From positions 1-64,000 of the forward strand of contig CAXHJY010000568.1 of assembly GCA_964016885.1 (NCBI GenBank): DNA of 64,000 bases, written 5' to 3'. The notes under the pieces are model-generated. The model saw only the letters and a program-made list of their open reading frames with translations. It was not told the DNA's origin and searched no databases. The stretch is from Eledone cirrhosa (taxonomy: Eukaryota). Position numbers and translations under genes: made by a program. Shown piece after piece: positions 56,501 to 64,000 of this stretch. Position 1 is the stretch's first letter; every line of letters starts with the position of its first letter.

Positions 56501-56972
56501 TATAGTATAGTGTGATGTGGTATAGTGTAGTGTGGTATAGTGTAGTATGGTATAGTGTCGTGTGATGTGATATAGTGCGGTGTGGTATAGTGTAGTGTGA
56601 TGTGATATAGTGTGGTGTGGTGTAGTGTGGTGTGGTGTGGTGTAGTGTGGTATAGTGTAGTGTGATGTGGTATAGTGTAATGTGGTATAGTGTGTTATAG
56701 TGTGGTGTGGTGTAATGTGGTTTAGTGTAGTGTGGTGTGGTGTGATGTCGTATAGTGTGGTGTAGTGTAGTGTAGTGTAGTGTGGTGTGGTGTAGTGTGG
56801 TATAGTGTAGTGTGTTGTGATGTCGTATAGTGTAGTGTGTTGTGATGTAGTGTGGTGTGGTGTGATGTCGTATAGTGTGGTGTAGTATAGTGAAGTGTGT
56901 TGTGATGTAGTGTAGTGTAGTGTGGTGTAGTGTGGTATAGTGTAGTGTGTTGTGATGTAGTGTGGTGTGATG
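41566..56972. repeat. 15.4-kb pentamer satellite (TGTAG/TGTGG/TGTGA/TATAG) with kb-scale higher-order duplications
   Basis: The 5-bp phase is kept almost throughout; rare variants recur at ~1915-bp and ~2875-bp spacing. Confidence 0.98.
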
Positions 56973-57366
56973 TGAGATATCATTGTTGTAGCTTCCAGAC
57001 AGTCCAACTGTGGTGGTTCTTTCATCATGTTGTGATTGATATATATATGGAACGACTGTTGTCAAATTGTACAATGGAAACATATGTTTATATCTCGTGG
57101 TGGTGTGACTTTTCCGAATTGCTATATACTATCCATCGGTCGCAACTCCCAGGTAGACTACTGTATAACTATATTGTCAGGACATAACGTATGACCCGGT
57201 CCATAATTCGAATCTACATTCCGGCACAATTGCAGAATTCCAAGTTCTACTGTTATATATTATATATATATATATATATAATATATATATAAAATAAAGT
57301 ACCAGTAATGTACTGGGTAATTGCTGGCCTTGTGCCTAAAGTAGAAACAATTATATATATAAATAC

Positions 57367-57427
<61 letters not shown>

Positions 57428-58529
57428 AATCATGATCACAACCACCAATATATATATAAGAATAAAAATGGTTTTCCATTGACGAAAGTGGCCACAGTTG
57501 AATAAGTTACTTAATACATTCACACACACATACACACACACATACATATATATACATATATATATATGTATATGTGTAAATAGACTGAATATATAATATC
57601 TACACACATATACAAATAGACAAAATATAATTAGAGTCTCTCTCTCCCTCTCTCCTCCTTTCCCTTCCTCCACCCTACCCTAAGCGCTGAACATTTAACG
57701 TTCTGTTCCACATGAAAACGTATTACTTCATATAAGGGAGAAAACTCCAGCGCCTAAGGTTACAATTCTTTCCCTGGGTTTTCTTCACCTTCAGAGAATC
57801 CAACGTTACGCCTTTTACAAAACACCGCTGAACATAAATAAACACTGATACATTGAACATACGTGGTTCTTGGATAGGTTTGAGGGTTGGGAATTAATTT
57901 ACAGTGTCAGATGTGATTCCAGTGTATATAAATTGTTGAAGGTGAGGGAGGGCAGAATCACTGATTAAGTACGAGAGTCGGCTGAATACTTCATAGGCTC
58001 ACTATGAAGGAGTGATGCTAAAGCTGTGAAATACTGCATGCATTAATTTCAACTATTAAATGTGTTACTGTGAAAGGGCACATTTATAATGGAGGAATGC
58101 GAAAGCGAAAAGTAACTGACCGACATATAATGTATATTAGAGAGTTGTTTAGAACCCTAGTGTTGAGTAACATAGAATCATTAGAACATCTGACCGATGA
58201 AATGACAAGTCAGTCAATCATATTGGTGGCCTCCCCACTGCCCCGGCGGACAGAATGGAGAAGGCGTTCCCCGGAGGACGGCAAGGGAGACGCGCTGGAA
58301 AAGCCATTCCAGCTCGCGAGGCTCACACCTGCGGCTGGCCAGCTCAGCGCCTATGGTGGTGAGTAGGAACGACCGCAAACCTGTCGGAGAGCGACCGGTA
58401 TTTGAAGAGTTTGGCCTCCTCAGCCCGACCTGCAGCAGATAAAAACAAGCTGAGGGAAGTGCAAGTGAGATTCAGTAAAGGAAGTTAAAATCTTTGCACT
58501 AAGGGACATAATAAAACTTAACTTTTCTT

Positions 58530-58865
58530 TTTCTTCTCCCACTTATTCCTGAGAGGGTCGTGGGGGCACAGTCCTCAAACACTCATTCCAGCGGGTTCTG
58601 TCAGAAGCAACAGTCTTCAACCGATCCCGCTGTATCTCCAAGCGTGACCAGCCAAGCTCATGTATGTTATATAACCATCTTGCTCGGGGCCTACCCTTGG
58701 GTATCCTGCTGGCTGGTTTTGCCCGTAAAATCTGTCCAGTTATTCTTTCCTGAAACATTCTAACTCCATGCTCAATTCGGAGAAGTAGCGGCTCTACATG
58801 GAGTGACACTCTGCTCTCTGAGCTACGAACTTTATCGAGTAACGTTACTCCAAAGACCGTTCGGA
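58530..58865 (-). mobile_element. RTE-like LINE 3' fragment
   Basis: SLHVEPLLLRIE...GRPRARW...DRTRWNECL; homologous to 28365-29292. Confidence 0.8.
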
Positions 58866-59214
58866 AACTCTTAACATCCTGTAATGATTTAGTTGAAGAT
58901 ATCTAAATATTGGTTTGTTAATTCAAATGTTTATAGTATCTTTACGAGTGGTCATGTTGTAAAAGTTAGCAGTATTAATCTCTTAGCACCTTGTAATTAT
59001 GAAGTGAAAAATATCTAAAAATGTGTTTGTTAATTTAGTTCAAAGGGTTTACTGTATCGTGACTAGGGGATAGATTGTGTGAAAATTTGCAGTAAACTAA
59101 AGTAAAGACCTTAAATTTTAACGTGATGCAATCATAGTGTGGTTTCATACTTTTTAAGAGTATCTTGCTAATGTGGTTTTATGTTTTAAAGTCTGTCTCA
59201 AGCCAGGAGGTTCG

Positions 59215-59462
59215 TCAGACCAGTGCTTAACCCGGTTTTGTGGCGTGAAGCGACTGAGAGTATAAGACTCCACCCGGACAGGATGTCAGTCCATCACAGG
59301 GTTAAATCCCCAGCTATTGGTGGGACTCATTTTCAGCTGAGTATACTAGAGTAATATAAAATGAAGTGTTTTGCTCTAGGACACAACACACAACCCAGTC
59401 CAGGAATCGAACCCACGACATTATAATTGTAAGTCCAACACCCTTACCACTAGGCCACGCGT
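59215..59462 (-). mobile_element. tRNA-derived SINE, near full length
   Basis: Minus strand has A box TGGCCTAGTGG and B box GGTTCGATTCC, followed by a non-tRNA body. Confidence 0.85.
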
Positions 59463-60060
59463 CTGCACTCGGTTTCGTGGGGTACAGGATGTCAAGAGGT
59501 AAGTAGAATGTTCCACTGTACATCAATTTCATAGATTTAGAAAATCTTTTGTGCGTTCACAAGAGGATTCCTGAAAGAGCTTTCAATACACGGGAGGATC
59601 GCCACTTTAGTAAATCTGTTCTATAGCCATTAGGGTATTCGGTTCACAATCGCAAGGACGTGAGTTTGATTCCCGGTGGCGCGTTGTACCCTGAGAAGTA
59701 ACGGCTCTACTTCGAGTGACTCTCTGATCTCTGAGCTACAAATCTGTCCAGTGATTCTCAGACATTCTAACCGCAACATTAAATCAGACTAGACTATAAG
59801 AGTTGTCTCCCTTTTATCTTTCTCGTTTATCTGAATATTCTTAAAGATAGACTCGGGTGATTGAATGCGAGATAATAATAATAATAATGGAATTATTGTG
59901 TAAAGTGCTCAGGTGCACTACAACTCGTCAAAATTACATGTATAGTACATAGAATAATATACAAATGTCAGGGAAGTGAATAGTGTATGAGTCATGATAT
60001 ACATGTGTGTCTGTGTATGGAGGGGGAACATTAGGTGTAGTGTTGGCGAATCTCGGGAAG

Positions 60061-60308
60061 CATGGAGGTTTTAAAGGGTGCAGTGTCTCGACAGCTAACA
60101 ACTGATGCAGGTAATTTGTTCCATGGAGGTTTTAAAGGATGCAGTGTCTCGACAGCTAACAACTGATGCAGGTAGTTTGTTCCATGGAGGTTTTAAAGGA
60201 TACAGTGTCTCGACAGCTAACAACTGATGCAGGTAGTTTGTTCCATGGAGGTTTTAAAGGATACAGTGTCTCGACAGCTAACAACTGATGCAGGTAGTTT
60301 GTTCCATG
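60061..60308. repeat. 61-bp tandem repeat x4 at the end of the CR1-like ORF2
   Basis: catggaggttttaaagg... starts at 60061, 60122, 60183 and 60244. Confidence 0.95.
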
Positions 60309-62970
60309 CTTCAGCAACTCTGAGCGTGAAAAAATGTTTCCGAAAGTCATGGGAACTGTGCTGTTTTATGACTTTGTGGGCATACCCACGTGTGTTAGAC
60401 ACATGGAAATCAAAAAGGTGTTCAGGGTTGTTGTTGGCAAGATGGTTAATAATTTTGTGGGTGTTTACCAAGTCAGTTGCCAAACGTCGGAGCTTCAATG
60501 TATCCATGCCCAGGGAAGCAAAGCGTTCAGAATATGGTAGATGCCTGATGGAGGTTATTCGCTTGGTTGCACGTCTCTGAACAGTTTCCAGCTGGTCAAT
60601 GTTCTGAGAAACATAGGGGTTAGAGACTGGTGATGCAAATTCTAAGCGTGGCTGCACCATAGCTATGTACAGCTTTAAATAGATAGCTGGAGAGCGGCTG
60701 ACAAAGATCTTGCTGAGTGATGCTAAGACACCCTCGGCCTTCTTGACAATTTTAGAGACGTGCTTCGTCCAACGCAAATCGCTGCTGACAGTAATGCCCA
60801 GGTCACGTTCACAAGAAGACTTCTTGATATTAGTGTTGTGGAGGGAGTATGTGGACGCTGGGTTTTTACTCCCAAAATGCATGGTGGTGCATTTGTCCAC
60901 AACTAGCTTGAGTTGCCAGTCAGTGATCCATTGTTGCATTGTGTCCAGGTCAGATTGCAGGCAAGATCTATAGTGTTCAGGATCTGTTCTTTTTATCTCA
61001 AGGTATAGCTTGATGTCATCTGCATATTTCAGTACTGTGGCATTCTTTAAGTTGGCATCTATGTCATTAATATATTCCACAAACAAAAGGAGGCCAAGAA
61101 TAGATCCCTGTGGTACACCAGATGACATCTCATATGGTGAGGAATGCTGTCCTAGAACCGTGACTACCTCTCTTCGACTGAGAATGAAGGACTTCAACCA
61201 TTTAAAAAGAACGTCCTTCACACCCATTGCAGAGAGTTTTGCATAAGCCTTATGTGTGACACAGAATTGAAAGCTTTAGCAAAGTCAAGGTAAACAACAT
61301 CTACCCATGAGCCGCCATCAGTGGTGATGTCTTCAAGAAACTCGATAAGCTGATCACAGCAGCTGGAGTTATGGATAAATCCAAATTGCGAGGGCCGGAT
61401 AAGACTGTGAGAGTTCCAGAAGTTCCAAAGTGTTTCTCTGACACAGGATTCCATCAGTTTGACAATGCAGCTAGTAAGACTAACTGGACGGTAGTTCACA
61501 GGTGATGTGCGGTCACCCTTTTTAAACAGAGGAATGACACTGGCAGTTTTCCACTGCTCCGGAGTAGCACCGTTGTTCAGACAGAATTGGAAGAAGCGTG
61601 ATAGCTGGTTTAGAAGCAAGTACCCACCACGTTTGAGAAGCAGGTATGTAACACCACCAAGATCAGGAGAGGCATAGTTGCGCTTATTCTTAAGGTGTCG
61701 TCGCAGCATTGCAGGTGTAAATTCCATAGTTGTAACAGAATGCGGTGTCATAGGTGGTGGAGACGGTACACTCTGGTCTTCAATAGTGAAAATGCCTGCA
61801 TATCATTCAGCAATGAGCTCTGCGCACTCCTTGGGGTCGTCTGTAATCTGGCTTGTGTGGGGATTGCGAAGAGGACCAACTGGAGAGTGAGGCCTCTGCT
61901 TTGAGTGAACATACTTCCAGAACACCTTACTGTCAGGGCTGGTTGCTATGCGCTGCTCAAATTGAAGCACTACCTTTTTTGTCACCTGTTTGAGATGGTT
62001 GGATGATTTATTTCGTTTCTTCCTATTGATATCTGATTTATGCAGTTTGTACTCACGTTCAGCATTACGGCGTTCTTTTCTGGCAAGACGGACTGCTGAA
62101 GTCTCCCAAATTGCACTTTTGGTATGTTTTTTCTGCTTACGTGGCACCGATGCTGCACATACTGTACATATTGAGCTCAGGATGTTCTGGAGTACAGTGT
62201 TGACATCTCCAGAGTCGTAGAACTCAAGTCAGTTTGGACGTTGCAACTCGGTGCAGTAACAGTTCCAGTGTGCTTTATTACAGTCAAAGTGAGCAATTTG
62301 GAGATGGTTGTGGTTTTTGTTACTGCCTATGAGGGATAGATTGGCAATGATCATAGCAAGATCAGTCACTTAAAGGTTCCTCAACAGTAACACTAATAAC
62401 CGTTTCAGGAGTAGTGGTGAAGAGTTGGTCCAAAGTGTTGTCACCTCTTGTTGGGGAAGTGACTACTTGGGACCAATTCGAGTGCAGCACTAGCTCATGG
62501 AAGTCATTTGCATTTGGCGGCCAACGAAAGGTCTCCCAGTCAATCTCAGGGTGATTGAAGTCTCCTGCAATAAAAACATAAGTGGCTGTTTTCCTGGGAG
62601 TAGCTCTGAGGATATCACAAAGTTGAGTGTGCCGATGGTAATTTGGGGGACGGTAAACGACTCCAAGTAGCAGTGTTGACATGGTCATACGTATATCGCA
62701 GAAAAATACTTCCTGCTGCGATTGGTTCAAATCAGCAAAAGGAATTGCCGACAGATTTGACCGAACGTAGACCATTACACCACCACCACCACCACGATTA
62801 ATGCGGTCTTTACGAAACAGGTTGTAGCCAGTTATGCTGAAAACCCCATCACAGAATAAGGAATGTGCCCAAGTTTCCGTGACTGTAATTAAGTCAGGGT
62901 TGATACTTTTGACGTAGGAGTCAAAAAGATGAATCTTATTGCATAGACTACGTGCATTCAAGGACAACAA
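60217..62970 (-). pseudogene. Disrupted LINE ORF2 (endonuclease + RT) split over four ORFs
   Basis: ORFs 62362-62970, 61803-62147, 61218-61751 and 60217-61227 are collinear pieces. Confidence 0.88.
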
Positions 62971-63559
62971 TTTGTACCTTGATTCCAGGTTATTTGTTTG
63001 TTTGTGTGTGTGTGTTTGTGTGTATGTGTGTGCGTGTGTGTGTGTATGCAGTGGCGAACTGGGTCTAAAATATTCATTGCCAGGAGATAAAGGGACCCAC
63101 CCACTTATAGAATGCTATCGTTTATTTTTTATAATGAATAAATAACATTTTCAAAAAATACATAAGTGAAAACAAAAAAATGCAATCAAATTTCTGCAGA
63201 AATTAATGTATATATTTTTTTACTAATTATAGTGTATATATACAATACATATTACAGGCAGTATACAGTAATACCAAATGTAAATACAGACTATTATAAA
63301 AGAATTTAAAAATAATTGTGAATGTATAGTATACTGTATAGTATACTGTTTTACCTGCTCCAATAAAAAGTATAGACATCCAAGGAGTTTCAATAACGAC
63401 CTTTGATCTTTCACACTCACTCAGTATATATAACTGGGAGTGTGTGTATGTTTACATGTACATGTGTATATATAGATTTATATATATGTATTTCAACTAT
63501 ACAGAAAAGAAGGGCTGATAGTACAACCCCCCCCCCCTCCTGCTTAACTCCCTTCAAGA

Positions 63560-63862
63560 TATCTATACAACGTGTAGTTCCCAAGTCTGTTTTTACTTAT
63601 GACTGGCAAGCGGCTCAGCGACCGTATCTGTATCAGTGAGCGGCTCAGCGACCGTATCTGTATCAGTGAGCGGCTCAGCGACCGTATCTGTATCAGTGAG
63701 CTGCTCAACATTACCAGACTTAGACTAATTACATCAATTGTCAAGTCAAGAGTACTCAAACTATACGGCCATATAAAAAGATCAACTCGTGGTGTGAGTA
63801 GGTTATGCCTGGAAGGAAGGTTGGCTGGTAAGAGAAGCAGAGGCCGGCAGCCAAAACGATCT
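63560..63862 (+). mobile_element. RTE-like LINE C-terminal fragment with a 30-bp tandem triplication
   Basis: LKLYGHIKR...LEGRLAGKRSRGRQPKR; agcggctcagcgaccgtatctgtatcagtg x3 at 63609-63700. Confidence 0.7.
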
Positions 63863-63903
63863 TGTTTTTGTGTGTTGTGTGATTAGTTTGCGCATGCGTT
63901 ACA

Positions 63904-63970
<67 letters not shown>

Positions 63971-64000
63971 ATTTATGTGTTTATTTACTTGTCACTCGCT

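Larger units (their letters stand above)
59872..62985 (-). mobile_element. CR1/L2-group LINE with a nearly complete but frameshifted ORF2
   Basis: EN motifs LNARSL, VTETW, GGGV, VYRPP, GDFN, LDQLFT, SD; RT motifs NYRPVSLTS, QFGF, YLDFAKAF, GVPQGSILG, YADD, RDLG, QRRATK; (AAT)n tail at 59872-59888. Confidence 0.92.

Noticed and set aside
44847-57083. His/Thr/Tyr-rich ORFs up to 1063 aa
   Set aside because: They are the reverse complement of the pentamer satellite, open in several frames at once with no unique sequence
58383-58430. Minus-strand CTGAGGA...caaataccggtc hammerhead-like motif
   Set aside because: G12 is missing (CAAA instead of GAAA) and stem I is out of register
59390-59462. tRNA gene-like A and B boxes
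   Set aside because: No complete cloverleaf, and the sequence continues into a SINE body found elsewhere in the window
63370-63430. Minus-strand ctgagtga...GAAACtccttggatGTC hammerhead-like motif
   Set aside because: Extra nucleotide in the core, weak stem II and only a 4-bp AT stem I; not distinguishable from chance

Overview
This is AT-rich, repeat-saturated eukaryotic (animal) DNA. The repeat inventory suggests a cephalopod/octopus-type genome, but that is inference. No confident host protein-coding gene is present; almost all listed ORFs are microsatellite artefacts. The window holds multi-kb interrupted (TA)n arrays and a cluster of same-orientation RTE-clade LINE copies. One copy keeps an open 863-codon EN(C-term)-RT frame with an embedded PHD-type zinc finger. 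Also present are a decayed CR1/L2-type LINE, tRNA-derived SINEs, three non-autonomous Helitrons, hAT and mariner MITEs, several minisatellites and a 15.4-kb pentamer satellite with higher-order repeats. The main hidden signal is in the short 'unique' islands inside the (TA)n tracts. They repeatedly carry type I hammerhead ribozyme motifs (CUGAUGA...GAAA-palindrome-UH): five complete motifs from four unrelated sequence families, plus several half motifs. Some sit in fold-back inverted structures, which points to Penelope-like/retrozyme-type elements accumulating in TA microsatellites.
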